A DNA stretch of 64,000 nt from Candidatus Delongbacteria bacterium (GCA_963663545.1 OY760505.1:160001-224000); one strand, 5' to 3'; numbered from the stretch's first letter, positions 49,850 through 60,697 are shown. Notes: a model not told the origin generated them from the letters alone. Program-made: numbers and translations.

Positions 49850-51400
49850 TCAGGTCAATTGCCGACCACCGCGGCGGTAGCGTTCACGTCGTTTCCAGTG
49901 TTCGCCCACGGTGCCAAGACCGGCCACCCAGGCGTTGCCCTCGGCGATTTGCTGCAGCAGATGCTGGTAGTGGTCGCGTCGATCCGGAAAATCCTCGCGG
50001 CAAAGCACGTGCGGATGCCAGTTGATGGTGAGCAGGCTTCCCGTACGCCGCGTCAGATCCAGTAGGCGATGGCTGCTTTCAAGCGCCTCGTGGGCCTCGA
50101 GTTTCATCTCGTCGTAGAGCTGGCTGTCCATCAGCACCAGCGGAATCTCAAGCAGCTCGTGGGCGCGGCGCGAAGTCAGATTCCAAGGGTAAAAAGGCAG
50201 ACCGGTCCCCGCGCGATAACCGGGCGAATCATTCCACCCCAGACTGCTGTCGACCGTCAGGCCCGACAGTTCCTGATCCTGCCAGGTCTGCTCCCTGTCA
50301 CAGCGTAGCCAGTGCTGGCGAACTACGGTGATACGATCGCCGCTCAGTCGCTCGATGAGTGCCCGTTCGTCCTGCAGGCGAGCGCGATCCCCCATGGTGT
50401 ACCAACCGGCGTGCAGGGCCACTTCACGTCCGCGTTCCTTCAGTCGTGTCAGTAATTCGTTGACCTGAGTGCGTGATACATGGTAGCGATAAGTCTGATG
50501 ATCATGGCTTTCCGCCAGAAAAAGGAAACTGGACATCAAGCCCCAATGCTCCTCCAGATCCGCCATTTCCTCGACGAGAAACCAGGGATCACGACCACCG
50601 CGCAGGCAGTGTATCACTTCGCGCCACTCGGTGGCCAGCCTGCGCCAGCGCGTGGACATGGCGTAGAGAGGCGTACGTAAAAGCAGATGTAACACGCTGC
50701 GAGCGCGCCATTTGTAGAGCATGTCAACGTCGTGGCTCAAACATACTGCCCAACGATGATTCTTCGGCCAGCGCGGCATACACACGGGCGCACCAGCGGC
50801 ATCGCTGCGCAGATCAAGCAGGTTCTGCAAAAATTGCAGCAGGCGGTCAATCCAGGGATAATCGACAACTTTGTGCGCCGCCATCCAGGAGCCTGCCGAG
50901 GAAGCAGCACGCGCCGCCTCGCGAAACTCGGGACGGGTTTCCTCTACCCGCGCCAACCAGCGGAACACCGGACCCAACGGATCGAAACCAAGCTCGATCA
51001 AGGTGGTGGCACCCTCCTGCCGCACCTGAAAAGGACTGTGGCTTTCGTGGTCGCGATAGCGCCAGGGAACACCATCGTGCCTGGCCCAGCCGCGGTATTC
51101 GCCAAACACGGGCAGCGGTCCAGGCTCGATCCAGGCTTTCTGCCGTGATGCATTTCGGTCATCGAACTGATAGGGAATCAGCAGCACAAGGTGCAGATCA
51201 GCAGGAAGACTCAGCCCTTCGGGCGCACCCACCACAATCAGGCGCTTCAGGCCGGTGCAAGGTTCAGTGGCGCGTAACACACGCAGATTGACACCCAGCG
51301 CGGAAGCGATGAAATCCATCGCGTACTGCAACTCGGAGCGACGATGTTCAGGGCAGGCCAGAATAAGGCCCAGGCTTTCGATGGCAGCTTTCACTGCCAC
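49850..51400 (-). CDS. Polysaccharide deacetylase-like protein
   Basis: LSHDVD, EVALH, RQHWLR, DSSLG..GYRAGT..P, EIPLVLMD, WHPH. Confidence 0.8.
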   Translation of the reverse strand: MAVKAAIESLGLILACPEHRRSELQYAMDFIASALGVNLRVLRATEPCTGLKRLIVVGAPEGLSLPADLHLVLLIPYQFDDRNASRQKAWIEPGPLPVFGEYRGWARHDGVPWRYRDHESHSPFQVRQEGATTLIELGFDPLGPVFRWLARVEETRPEFREAARAASSAGSWMAAHKVVDYPWIDRLLQFLQNLLDLRSDAAGAPVCMPRWPKNHRWAVCLSHDVDMLYKWRARSVLHLLLRTPLYAMSTRWRRLATEWREVIHCLRGGRDPWFLVEEMADLEEHWGLMSSFLFLAESHDHQTYRYHVSRTQVNELLTRLKERGREVALHAGWYTMGDRARLQDERALIERLSGDRITVVRQHWLRCDREQTWQDQELSGLTVDSSLGWNDSPGYRAGTGLPFYPWNLTSRRAHELLEIPLVLMDSQLYDEMKLEAHEALESSHRLLDLTRRTGSLLTINWHPHVLCREDFPDRRDHYQHLLQQIAEGNAWVAGLGTVGEHWKRRERYRRGGRQLT

Positions 51401-51542
51401 AAGATAGCACCGGCGGAGCGTTCCCTGCTCCCTGTATCACGAATAACATCGGTATCACAGAATTTGTTAACGCTAAGCTCAATTCCAGGCTTCCGGCTGA
51501 CGATAGTCCTGCCTGACGTTTCCTGCTAGCTATGAGGATGAT

Positions 51543-52883
51543 ATGCTTACCACCCTGCTCTTTTCCCTTGGTCTGCCCTTGAGTGCATTTGCCGGCTATG
51601 CCCTCTCCAAAAAATTCTCTGCCCGTTCCACGTGCGACAACGAAAGTGATACACAGGTCCAGGAGACCCTGAACAACGTACAATCGCCCATGATGGCCAT
51701 TGATCGCGACTTCAACATAGTCCGTATCAACACCGCAGGTGCCTCACTCGGTGGACGACGCCCGGAAGAGCTGGTGGGTACGAAGTGTTATGAACTCTTT
51801 CGCACCGGCCACTGCAGAACAGAGAAATGCGCCCTGGCTCGAGCGATGAAAGAGGGAAAGGTGATCACCGCGCGCACCTCGGCGAAGCCAGGTGATAACG
51901 AGTTCCCCATTCTCTACAGCGGCTCACCTACATATGACAACGAGGGCCGTATCACGGGCGCCATCGAATACGTGCAGGACATCCGCGCACTGGTAGATGC
52001 CCAGAACCGCACCCTTTCCTGTGCATCACGCCTCAGTGGATCCGTTGACGAGCTGAGTGAAGTGTCGTCCAATATGAAGCAACGCACTCTGGAAATGAGC
52101 GCGGGCTCCGAGCAGGTCGCGGGTGCAGCGGTTCAGGTCCGTGGTAACTTCACCACAGTGACCGCCGCCGTGGAAGAGTCGCGCGCCATCTTCCACAACA
52201 TTGCCTACTCGACACAGGAGCTTTCCTCCTCGATCAACGAGATTTCCCAAAGCACTCAGGAGGCAGCCACCCTTACTCGCGAAGGCGTAGATGTGGCCAA
52301 CCGGCTGGCAAAGCGCATTGAAGAGCTGGACAAGGCCTCGCGCGAAATCGGCGGCATTATCCAGGCCATCGTGGCCATCAGCGAGCAGACCAAACTGCTT
52401 GCGCTGAATGCGACCATTGAAGCGGCCCGTGCAGGCAACTACGGCAAGGGTTTTGCCGTTGTCGCCAACGAAGTCAAGGAACTTAGTCAGCAAACCAACG
52501 ATGCCATTGTGGATATTCAGGCCAAGGTGGGTATGATCACCGACTCCAGCCGCCTGACATCCAACGACATCAGCGTGATGAACGAATACATGCAGAGCAT
52601 CTTCGGCACGGTTGAGAGCATCGCCGGCGCACTGGAAGAGCAGAGCGCGACGACATCAGAAATCAGTTTCAGCGTCAGCGAAGCCGTAACTGGCATGGAT
52701 GAAGTAACACGCAACATGGCCGAAGCGAATCAGGCTGTGGGCGACATCGCCGATCAAACCGTGGAAATCAGTCAGCATTTGCGTGGCCTCAACGAAGCCA
52801 GCCTGACCGTTTCCGGCAATTCGAGCCTGCTTGTGGACTTGAGTATGGAGCTGGCCGTGGCCGCCGAGGACCTGACCAACTAG
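51543..52883 (+). CDS. Methyl-accepting chemotaxis protein with PAS domain
   Basis: PAS domain (GTKCYELF...C); [35 protein letters not shown]. Confidence 0.93.
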   Translation: MLTTLLFSLGLPLSAFAGYALSKKFSARSTCDNESDTQVQETLNNVQSPMMAIDRDFNIVRINTAGASLGGRRPEELVGTKCYELFRTGHCRTEKCALARAMKEGKVITARTSAKPGDNEFPILYSGSPTYDNEGRITGAIEYVQDIRALVDAQNRTLSCASRLSGSVDELSEVSSNMKQRTLEMSAGSEQVAGAAVQVRGNFTTVTAAVEESRAIFHNIAYSTQELSSSINEISQSTQEAATLTREGVDVANRLAKRIEELDKASREIGGIIQAIVAISEQTKLLALNATIEAARAGNYGKGFAVVANEVKELSQQTNDAIVDIQAKVGMITDSSRLTSNDISVMNEYMQSIFGTVESIAGALEEQSATTSEISFSVSEAVTGMDEVTRNMAEANQAVGDIADQTVEISQHLRGLNEASLTVSGNSSLLVDLSMELAVAAEDLTN

Positions 52884-52909
52884 ACATGACTACCGCTTCG
52901 TGGGGAAGC

Positions 52910-52938
52910 AAAACCCCGGACGCGAGTCCGGGGTTTTT
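52910..52938. terminator. Bidirectional Rho-independent terminator
   Basis: AAAACCCCGGAC-GCGA-GTCCGGGGTTTTT between convergent genes. Confidence 0.85.
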
Positions 52939-52959
52939 GTGTACCCATCATCGTGTCCG

Positions 52960-53697
52960 TCAGCGTTGTTCCAGAAAAGCAGCGATTTGTCGTGATACGG
53001 CCAACGGAGCTTCCATGGCGGCCAGATGGCCCACATTGCCGGGAATCACACTCCAGCGCCCGTGAGGAATCAAGTCCGCCAGCTCGCGCATCATGGCAGG
53101 TGGAGTCAACTGATCCTGGGCACCTCCCAGACATAAAACGGGTTTCTGCCAGGCACTGAGCGCATCGCGCGTATCACGACGATCCAACATCATGCGATGC
53201 TGCCGGGCCATCAGTGTAGGTCCCAGACGCTGGCACATGGCGCGGACACGCGGAAACAGCTTGTCATCCTCCAGGCTCTGCTGGCTGAGGATCTTGGGCA
53301 AAAAGCCATCCAGTACACTCTGAAAGCGCCCGGCTTCGAGAGTGGCAATGACGGTTTCGCGTGTATCACGCGCTTCCAGAGTATCAGCGGCAGCGCGCGT
53401 ATCCATGAGGATCATGCGATTCACCAGTGCGGGGTATCGCAGTGCCACTTCCTGGGCGATGTAGCCGCCCATGGAGGTTCCGGCAATATCGATGCGACGA
53501 AGAGCCCGTTTCTTCAACAGGTCAACAAGCTCGTCCGCTGCAGAGGGAATGGATTCCTCACCATCGCTGCGTATCACCAGCACACGTCGGCGACGCCCAA
53601 GTTCCTCGACCTGGTGGTGATACATTTCGCTGTCGCAAAGAAGCGCGGGGATCAGGACGAGTGTGTCGCCCTGTCCCCGCTCAAGTTCAATTCGCAT
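52960..53697 (-). CDS. Alpha/beta hydrolase
   Basis: GTSMGG nucleophile elbow, GAQDQLTP, GHLAAMEAP. Confidence 0.9.
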   Translation of the reverse strand: MRIELERGQGDTLVLIPALLCDSEMYHHQVEELGRRRRVLVIRSDGEESIPSAADELVDLLKKRALRRIDIAGTSMGGYIAQEVALRYPALVNRMILMDTRAAADTLEARDTRETVIATLEAGRFQSVLDGFLPKILSQQSLEDDKLFPRVRAMCQRLGPTLMARQHRMMLDRRDTRDALSAWQKPVLCLGGAQDQLTPPAMMRELADLIPHGRWSVIPGNVGHLAAMEAPLAVSRQIAAFLEQR

Positions 53698-53702
53698 GTC
53701 CT

Positions 53703-56150
53703 CTACCAGCTCTGGCTAAGACGGAAGAGCACCAGCAGATAGCTTTCGTCGCTGCGGTCGCCGCCGTAACTGCGGTAATCCAGATTGGCGGTCAGCTGCA
53801 TGTTCTTCAGCAGCTTGTAACGCGCGCCCAGGACCACATCGAAACGCGAGTAGTCATTCTTCTCCGCGTTGGCCACCTCGGCTTCGCTACTCACCGATTG
53901 CATTTGCAGACGCAGGCTTCCTTGCAGCGTGTCGTCAAAGAAATCCTGCACCACACCGGCGCGCAGGTTGAAGGAATTGTAATCCATCATCGCGTCTTCG
54001 TCGTAGGCTACGTTGTAGATGCCAGCACCAAGGGTCGTGCGCGTAGCACGCAGAAGCTGGGTGCGCAGTCCGGCATCGAGTTGCAGCGTTGACGAAGACT
54101 GATCCTGACGCAAATCTTCAAGTACAAAACCGTCGTTGTCGGTCACGAAGAGATGGCCGATATCGTCGCTCTTCTGCTGCAAGCTGAAGTTCAACGAATA
54201 GCGATGGTCCAGATCCAGCAGCTTGGCTCCGCCGGCAACGCCAATCTGCACCTGCATGAGGGTGGCCTCGATCTGCTGTTGCTGCAGGTTCTGAATCTCA
54301 TCTGCACTTGCGGCAGCCATGTCAGAAGCCAACAGGTCGTCGGCGCGATCACCGGCCTCGTTGCTTTCAGAGCTGACATCCACACCCAGGTTGAGCTGCA
54401 GGTCCATCTGCCGCGGGAACCAGCCGACACCGATGTGCATCTGGTTCTGGCTCAGGGTACCCACCGAAGCGTCGTACTGCTTGTCGAGGTTGTTGGTGGT
54501 CAGGCTGTAAAAAGCATCTACGTAACACTGATTCCGACCGAAGCGATAGCGCTCGCCCAGCTTGAACTGCTGACGGTCGGGAGCCAGGAAGCTGTTGCCC
54601 AGGCTGTAGTAGTTGGGGCCAACTCGATGCACATTCAAATAGATGTCGTGCCCGCCGTAGGTCAATCCCCAGTCGCTGAGCCAGGCCAGATTGCTGAGAT
54701 AGTCACCATCGGCCAGGTCCAGCGGAGCGAAATACTCGTTCAGGACGATGAAGTCTTCGAAGTCAGCAGGACTGGGTAGGTCGCCCAGATCGAGGCTGTC
54801 CATCTCGGCATCGGTGAAGGGACCACCTGAGATGTCGCTGTTGTAGAAACTGAAACCCGCCTGGTTGAGGAAACGCAGGCGTCCCTGCATGGCGCGATAG
54901 TTCAGTCGCAGACCCAGGACGGCGTTGTCCACGGGGCGACTGGTGCTCAGGGTATCGACGGCGTCGGTGACGAAGTCGACCATGCTGTCCACGTCGTCCT
55001 TGGCCTTGAACACGCTGAGGCCGGCCTCAAAACCACCGGTCAGTTTGCCAAAGCGCATATCCAGGGCCATGACATCGCGGTCATAGGTGCCAGCGTACTC
55101 CAATTCCAGCTCGTCGTCATCGTTCAGCCCCGTGATGGGGTCACGGGCTTCGCGGCTCTGGCCGATGGTGAACCCCAGGCCAAATCGACGCGCCTGCCAA
55201 TCCAGCTCGAAACCGCGTACGCGAGTGCCTGAAAGAACAGCGCGCCCGTAACTGGGACGGCGATCGCCAATGCCCAAGGTCAGTCCGCCGCGTGATACTT
55301 CGGCCTCGAAACGCGACTGAGGCTGCAGGATGTCGGATTCCCAATCCTGCGCGGCGAGCAGCACACGCCCCTTGTAGGTCCAGGGCTTGCTGGGATTTGC
55401 CGTGCTACCGCGGAAACTGAATTGCGCAGCGTGAAAGCGCTCCCACTCCTGTTCACGGCCTTCAACGCGCTCCATGTTGAATTCTTCCCAGGCGTCGGCG
55501 TGAAACTCTCCGGCGTAGCGCTTGGGCTGACGCGCACTCAGCGTGATACGCTGTGCGGGCAGGCTGCGACCCTGTGTATCACGCACCAGTACTTCCAGCA
55601 CATGTTCACCGGCGCTCAGTTTCCCGCTCCAGGTTACCAGCCAGGGATCACTCTCAACTCCCGCCAGCGGACGGCCGTCCAGGCGCAATTCGACCTGGGC
55701 GGGATCCATCTCGCCCAACAAGGGAGACAGGGCGATAAAGGCTTCTTCTTCGGAGCTGAAGGACTCTTCGGAAAGCAGCTGATAATACTCGGCCACTGCC
55801 TCAGGAGCTAGGCTGATGCGGTAGTTGCCCGAGGCGGGCAAACGGTAGCGTTCACCTGCCTGGGTGAACTCTAGCGCGTACTCCAGCGAGGTCGTGCGTG
55901 TAATCGTGCCGGGCACGATAAACAGAATCTCGCCCGGACTTTGCTCGACAGGATCGAGCTCGTGGATCATGCCACCTTCTACCATGACGCGCAAGAGCGC
56001 GTCCTCGACCGCAGGTGAAGCCGGATCACGGAAGACCAGCTCCAGATCGCTTCCGCTGGTCGCCGTCGCCGGAACTTGATGCTGCCAGGCGGCAGACGCC
56101 GGCAGCACAGCCAGCAAAAGGCCGATCACCAACAAAACGCCATGCTTCAT
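53703..56150 (-). CDS. Exported protein, probable outer-membrane beta-barrel with N-terminal Ig-like domains
   Basis: Signal peptide MKHGVLL..ASA; GDRRPSY...LSGTRVRG, RVGPNYYSLGN; alternating beta-strand pattern; C-terminal W. Confidence 0.75.
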   Translation of the reverse strand: MKHGVLLVIGLLLAVLPASAAWQHQVPATATSGSDLELVFRDPASPAVEDALLRVMVEGGMIHELDPVEQSPGEILFIVPGTITRTTSLEYALEFTQAGERYRLPASGNYRISLAPEAVAEYYQLLSEESFSSEEEAFIALSPLLGEMDPAQVELRLDGRPLAGVESDPWLVTWSGKLSAGEHVLEVLVRDTQGRSLPAQRITLSARQPKRYAGEFHADAWEEFNMERVEGREQEWERFHAAQFSFRGSTANPSKPWTYKGRVLLAAQDWESDILQPQSRFEAEVSRGGLTLGIGDRRPSYGRAVLSGTRVRGFELDWQARRFGLGFTIGQSREARDPITGLNDDDELELEYAGTYDRDVMALDMRFGKLTGGFEAGLSVFKAKDDVDSMVDFVTDAVDTLSTSRPVDNAVLGLRLNYRAMQGRLRFLNQAGFSFYNSDISGGPFTDAEMDSLDLGDLPSPADFEDFIVLNEYFAPLDLADGDYLSNLAWLSDWGLTYGGHDIYLNVHRVGPNYYSLGNSFLAPDRQQFKLGERYRFGRNQCYVDAFYSLTTNNLDKQYDASVGTLSQNQMHIGVGWFPRQMDLQLNLGVDVSSESNEAGDRADDLLASDMAAASADEIQNLQQQQIEATLMQVQIGVAGGAKLLDLDHRYSLNFSLQQKSDDIGHLFVTDNDGFVLEDLRQDQSSSTLQLDAGLRTQLLRATRTTLGAGIYNVAYDEDAMMDYNSFNLRAGVVQDFFDDTLQGSLRLQMQSVSSEAEVANAEKNDYSRFDVVLGARYKLLKNMQLTANLDYRSYGGDRSDESYLLVLFRLSQSW

Positions 56151-56250
56151 GGATTCTCTCCTTCGCGACCACCGCAAAAGGCAAGGCCACACGGACCTGG
56201 GTCCGCGTGGCTCTGCGAGGGGAATGATCGCTAGATTGGTCTTCCCACTA

Positions 56251-56919
56251 CTATTCGTAGTACTCGATAATTAACACTCGCTCTTCGCCGCCATCGCTGA
56301 CAGGAATGCGAATGGTCTTCAGCTGTCCGCGCTCCAGATCGCCCGTGTCGGCGCCCGTTGTCTCACGCAGATTTACATCGCCGCCTTGTGATACACCGGT
56401 GAAGCCCATCACCACATCGCGGGATTCATTGCTGCGCAGGTTGCGCAGGTTCACGATTCCCTCTTCGGTAATGACCGTGGTTTCGCCAGCACCGCCAACA
56501 CGCGTCCACCAGGCGGTTCCCTTCACCGAGGCCACAGAGGTGGGGGTGGCAACGCGGAAACCGCCGCCCTCGCCCGTCACCTGCGTCCACAGGGTGCCCA
56601 GGTCCATCTCGACTTCTTTGCGAACGCCATCTCCGGCGCGATCGACGTGCAGTGTCAACTCCGTCTGCGGCTGCAGCTTGAGCTGGCTGCGATCGTCGGT
56701 AAAGACCAAGACCGCGCGTCCGTCTTCTCCGGTACGTACACGATCTCCGTCCGCCAGACGCATGCCCTGCTGCAGTGCGCTATCGCTTTCGCCCTCGCGC
56801 AGCAAGGTCACCTGCCCGGAGGATTTCACTACCACCGCCACACTCTGAGCCGCTGCATAAGCGCCCATACAAAGGACCAGCAAGGCCAAGAGGCCGGTCC
56901 GGATTTTCACATTCAACAT
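56251..56919 (-). CDS. Exported FecR-domain protein
   Basis: G..L.DGDRVRTG.DG.A...F.D.S, G.LW..V, FRVATPTSVASVKGT, EG.V. Confidence 0.85.
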   Translation of the reverse strand: MLNVKIRTGLLALLVLCMGAYAAAQSVAVVVKSSGQVTLLREGESDSALQQGMRLADGDRVRTGEDGRAVLVFTDDRSQLKLQPQTELTLHVDRAGDGVRKEVEMDLGTLWTQVTGEGGGFRVATPTSVASVKGTAWWTRVGGAGETTVITEEGIVNLRNLRSNESRDVVMGFTGVSQGGDVNLRETTGADTGDLERGQLKTIRIPVSDGGEERVLIIEYYE

Positions 56920-56943
56920 ACCCTAACTCCTGTCTTGCCTTGC

Positions 56944-57993
56944 CTACTCTACCCTGATACCGGCCACGTGAAGCTCTCCGCTGGCCAGGCGCTGCACGAT
57001 GTCCTGCAATTCCTGCGGACTGATGAGCTGGCCGTCAACCGTTATGGCCCCACTCAGGCTCAGCTGCTGCAGAAGATCGCCCAGACCGGCGAGCTGGCTG
57101 GGGGTAAGGCCGCCCAGCAAGTCTTCCAAGGGCTGGTTGCCTTCGCCACTGCGATAGTGGAAAACGCGTACTTCACTGGGGAATTCCTGCTCACCGGAAG
57201 TGGTACTCAGCACCGTGTAGACGATCCACGCATAGTCGCCGCCGTTAACAAGCGGACTGCGCTGATTGCCTTCCAGGCCGTACACGGCGCTGGGCTGCTC
57301 TACCATGGCTTCCCAGACAGGCATGTCTTCTATGGCCTCCTGCGGACTGCTGTGGCGCTCCGTGTTGTACTCGCAAACGCGAATGCGATAGTGCGGGGCA
57401 CGGCCGCTCCAGGCGAAGGCGGGCTGCTCGGTACCGATGACCGCGTCTTCCCAGGGCAACTGCAGCGTCAGATTGCGCTGATCGTTGACTGTAAAGGAAG
57501 TGCTGATCTGGTTGGAGCCCGTCGACCCGTCCATGTTGGTGTACGCAAACTGCACCAGCACCGTGTAGGTACCCGAAGGCAAGAGGTTGCCGCTGATGTT
57601 CTCCAGGAAATCCGCATTATATTCGCCGTTGGAATCGTGGGCGCTGTAGCTGACGCTTCCGGGAGCCGAGACACCGTTGCGGAAATCGGCAATGGAGTAG
57701 CTAGTGTCCCAGGAGCCGTAAATATCCTCAGCCGTGAACCAGCCGCTGGCAAGCTCCATGCCTGCATAGGTCAGGCTAAGATCGATGCGCAGGTTGCGGT
57801 AATGAAAATCCTGCGGCAGCATCAGATTCACTTCGACGCCGTCGGTAAGATCTCCTGTTCCTGCGGGATCCAGATCGCCGATGTAGTACAATTCATAAGG
57901 GGTTTCGATGGTGGCGGTGGGCTGAGCTTGCGCCCAGGCGAGGGTCGACATCAAGAGTAGTGCCGAGACCTGAAGAACTTGACGAACGCACAT
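56944..57993 (-). CDS. Exported hypothetical protein (Ig/Fn3-like)
   Basis: Signal peptide, AAGGAG RBS; LPSGTY, P.FAWS..Y.I.V.E, L..G..YAW.V, SEV..F.Y. Confidence 0.75.
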   Translation of the reverse strand: MCVRQVLQVSALLLMSTLAWAQAQPTATIETPYELYYIGDLDPAGTGDLTDGVEVNLMLPQDFHYRNLRIDLSLTYAGMELASGWFTAEDIYGSWDTSYSIADFRNGVSAPGSVSYSAHDSNGEYNADFLENISGNLLPSGTYTVLVQFAYTNMDGSTGSNQISTSFTVNDQRNLTLQLPWEDAVIGTEQPAFAWSGRAPHYRIRVCEYNTERHSSPQEAIEDMPVWEAMVEQPSAVYGLEGNQRSPLVNGGDYAWIVYTVLSTTSGEQEFPSEVRVFHYRSGEGNQPLEDLLGGLTPSQLAGLGDLLQQLSLSGAITVDGQLISPQELQDIVQRLASGELHVAGIRVE

Positions 57994-58210
57994 GGTCCTC
58001 TCCTTTCGTGACCTGTTTTGGCAGCTTCGGCGGAAAGTTGCGTGCCGCGGATCAACCAAGGTGTGACCGGGCGCAATGCACCGCTGTACGCAGCATCACC
58101 GGACAAGATACCGAAAATGACAGAACATCGAAGCAATGAAAGAGCCGCAAGAATGCGGCGTTTTTCCCTTCAATGTTATCGGAAAGGGACTGGCACAAGT
58201 TTGCCACCGG

Positions 58211-58714
58211 CTACTGGCGAATGAAGTCCTGAAAGAGGACGCGATCGACAGCGCCTGCATTCAAGAAGCCGTTAATGACTACGGTGACAGAGTCGCGTAT
58301 CGCCTCGCGCTGGCTGATGTCCGAGAGTTGAGTCTCGGGCAGGGAGCTCAAATAGGAGATTAGTTTGTCACGAATGAAGGGCATGCGAGTGCCAAGCTCG
58401 CCCTGCAGGTCAGTGTTCTCAGGATCGCACTCCACCGCCAGGGTGATCTTGAAAATGCGGCGCCCGGAAGCATCGGAAGGATTGATAACCAGATCGTCCA
58501 CGGGAATGATGGTGCCGAATTCGTACTCCTTCTCCGCATCGCCCTCGCCGTCCTTGCCCTTGTCCTTGGTCTTGCCCGGTTGCCCATCTTCCACGAGCTC
58601 GGTGCTGTCCTGATTGCGATAGTGATTGAAGAACCAGTCCATCACGAAGTAGGAGAGGACGATCTGCGCGATCAGGGCCACCAGAATTGCCAGAATGATG
58701 AAGTAGAGTTTCAT
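58211..58714 (-). CDS. fliL: Flagellar basal body-associated FliL family protein
   Basis: N-terminal TM; LVINP....RR, PFIRD.LI..LSS, IN.FL..G.V..VLF.DF..Q. Confidence 0.85.
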   Translation of the reverse strand: MKLYFIILAILVALIAQIVLSYFVMDWFFNHYRNQDSTELVEDGQPGKTKDKGKDGEGDAEKEYEFGTIIPVDDLVINPSDASGRRIFKITLAVECDPENTDLQGELGTRMPFIRDKLISYLSSLPETQLSDISQREAIRDSVTVVINGFLNAGAVDRVLFQDFIRQ

Positions 58715-58964
58715 TGCGTCTCCGGGCTATTGCCACCTGTTTGATCGCTCGCAAACCCCGCTCGTGCAGAGAGGCTGTAGTATTGTCGGCACAAATGCAA
58801 AAAACTACAGCGTCGGGGTCCGGTACAGCAGAAGCACACCCAGACTGCTGCCTCTAAAATGTAAGTTGTACGACGCTTCCCGTCCAATACTGCGGCCAAG
58901 ATCCGCATGTATCACGCGCCCCTGCCCGGGCGGGAAACGAAACAACAGAGAACGAGGAGAACTC

Positions 58965-60650
58965 ATGTCCTATCTAGCCGCCGATTTTGCAGCCGGCGAC
59001 CCCGCCGCTATTCGACTGTGCTACGAAGAACTGCTTGGCCGTACTGTTCAGACAGAGGCGGAGCTGGTGCAGCTGATTCTGGATGCTAATGAGTTGGGCC
59101 GCGCCCTCGAGGAGGATTCGGCCTGGCGCTACAATCACATGAGCTGTGATACAACCAGCGCCGAGTACCGCGAAGCCTGGAACTTCTTCCTGCGCGAAAT
59201 CGACCCCTTGTGTAAACCCTACGAGTTCAAACTGGCGGAACGCATTCGCAAGCATCCGGCTTTTGAAAATCTGGATCGTGAACGCTACGGCGTCTATGCA
59301 CGCATTCTAGGCCGTGAGGCAGAGCTGTTTCGCGAAGAGAACGTGGCGCTCGAGGCGGAGATCGAAGAGGCCGCCAGTCGCTATGGCGAAATCAGCGCTG
59401 CCATGACCGTTCATCTGGACGGGCAGGAGCTGACCCTACAACGCGCCTCGCTGAAATTGCAGGAAAAGGACCGCGCTACCCGCGAAGAAGCCTGGCGCGC
59501 CGTGGCCGACCGGCGGCTGGCCGACGGCGTCAGGCTGGATGAATTGATGGACGAGCTGCTGGAAATGCGTCACCGCGTGGCGAAAAACGCGGGTTTCAAC
59601 AACTTCCGCGATTACCAGCACGCCAAGCTCAAGCGCTTCGACTACACCCCCGACGACTGCATTGTCTTTCACCGTTCCATTGAACACGAAGTACTGCCGC
59701 ACATCAAAGTCTGGCAGGAAGATCGTCGCCAGCGCTTGGGCGTGGACACTCTGCGCCCCTGGGATATGTCCGTGGACGTCTACGGTGATACGCCGCTACG
59801 CCCCTTTGCCGACAGCGACGACTTGATCGACGGGACCATTCGCGTGCTCAATCAGCTGCGCGAAGGGCTGGGCAAGACCATCGTAGAGATGCGACGCCTG
59901 GGTCACCTGGATCTGGCTTCCCGCAAGGGCAAAGCGCCGGGCGGCTACAACAATCCACTCTACGTCAGTGGCTATCCTTTCATCTTCATGAATGCAGTAG
60001 GCAGCCACAGCGATCTGACGACCATGGTCCATGAATCGGGACACGCCATTCACGCCGTGCTGACCCACGAAGAGCCGCTGTGCGCCTACAAGGATGTACC
60101 CAGCGAGGCGGCTGAGCTGGCTTCGATGTCCATGGAGCTGCTTTCCATGGCGCATTGGGATGTCTTCTACCCCGACCAGCAGGATCTGCGTCGTGCGCGC
60201 AGGCAACAGCTTGAACGCACGCTGACGGTGCTTCCCTGGGTGGCAACCATCGACGCTTTCCAGCACTGGCTCTACACGCACCCCGGCCACAGTCACGAAG
60301 AACGTCACGAGGCCTGGCTGCGTATCGCCGGACGTTTTGAAACGGGCATGCAGAGCTGGGAGGGACTGGAATCGTACGCCGCCTTGCAGTACCAGCGGCA
60401 GCTGCACATCTACGAAGTTCCCTTCTACTACGTGGAGTACGCCATCAGCCAGCTCGGGGCCTTGCAGGTATGGGCCAACAGTCTGCGCGACAAGGAAAAG
60501 GCCCTGGACGCCTACCTCGCAGGCTTGAGTTTGGGCTACAGCAAACCGCTACCCGAAATCTATGCGCGTTGCGGAATTCGTTTTGATTTTGGTGAGCAAA
60601 CAGTGGCAGCACTGAGCGCCGAGGTAGCCAAAGCCTGGCAAGAGCTCTAG
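58965..60650 (+). CDS. M3 family oligoendopeptidase
   Basis: LRPWD, DLASRKGKAPGGY, HESGH, AELASMSMEL, HIYEVPFYYVEY; AGGAG RBS. Confidence 0.92.
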   Translation: MSYLAADFAAGDPAAIRLCYEELLGRTVQTEAELVQLILDANELGRALEEDSAWRYNHMSCDTTSAEYREAWNFFLREIDPLCKPYEFKLAERIRKHPAFENLDRERYGVYARILGREAELFREENVALEAEIEEAASRYGEISAAMTVHLDGQELTLQRASLKLQEKDRATREEAWRAVADRRLADGVRLDELMDELLEMRHRVAKNAGFNNFRDYQHAKLKRFDYTPDDCIVFHRSIEHEVLPHIKVWQEDRRQRLGVDTLRPWDMSVDVYGDTPLRPFADSDDLIDGTIRVLNQLREGLGKTIVEMRRLGHLDLASRKGKAPGGYNNPLYVSGYPFIFMNAVGSHSDLTTMVHESGHAIHAVLTHEEPLCAYKDVPSEAAELASMSMELLSMAHWDVFYPDQQDLRRARRQQLERTLTVLPWVATIDAFQHWLYTHPGHSHEERHEAWLRIAGRFETGMQSWEGLESYAALQYQRQLHIYEVPFYYVEYAISQLGALQVWANSLRDKEKALDAYLAGLSLGYSKPLPEIYARCGIRFDFGEQTVAALSAEVAKAWQEL

Positions 60651-60697
60651 GCATTGAGCAAATCAGCTATGCATTGTGCACCCGTGATTCCCTGGGA

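Noticed and set aside
51479-51506. Sigma28-like promoter upstream of the MCP (TCAA..GACGATAG)
   Set aside because: Mismatches in both boxes and a 16-bp spacer; plausible but too weak to call.
58190-58206. Sigma54-like TGGCAC..TTGC
   Set aside because: GG-to-GC spacing is 9 rather than 10, and it points into the 3' end of fliL; better explained as a small hairpin.
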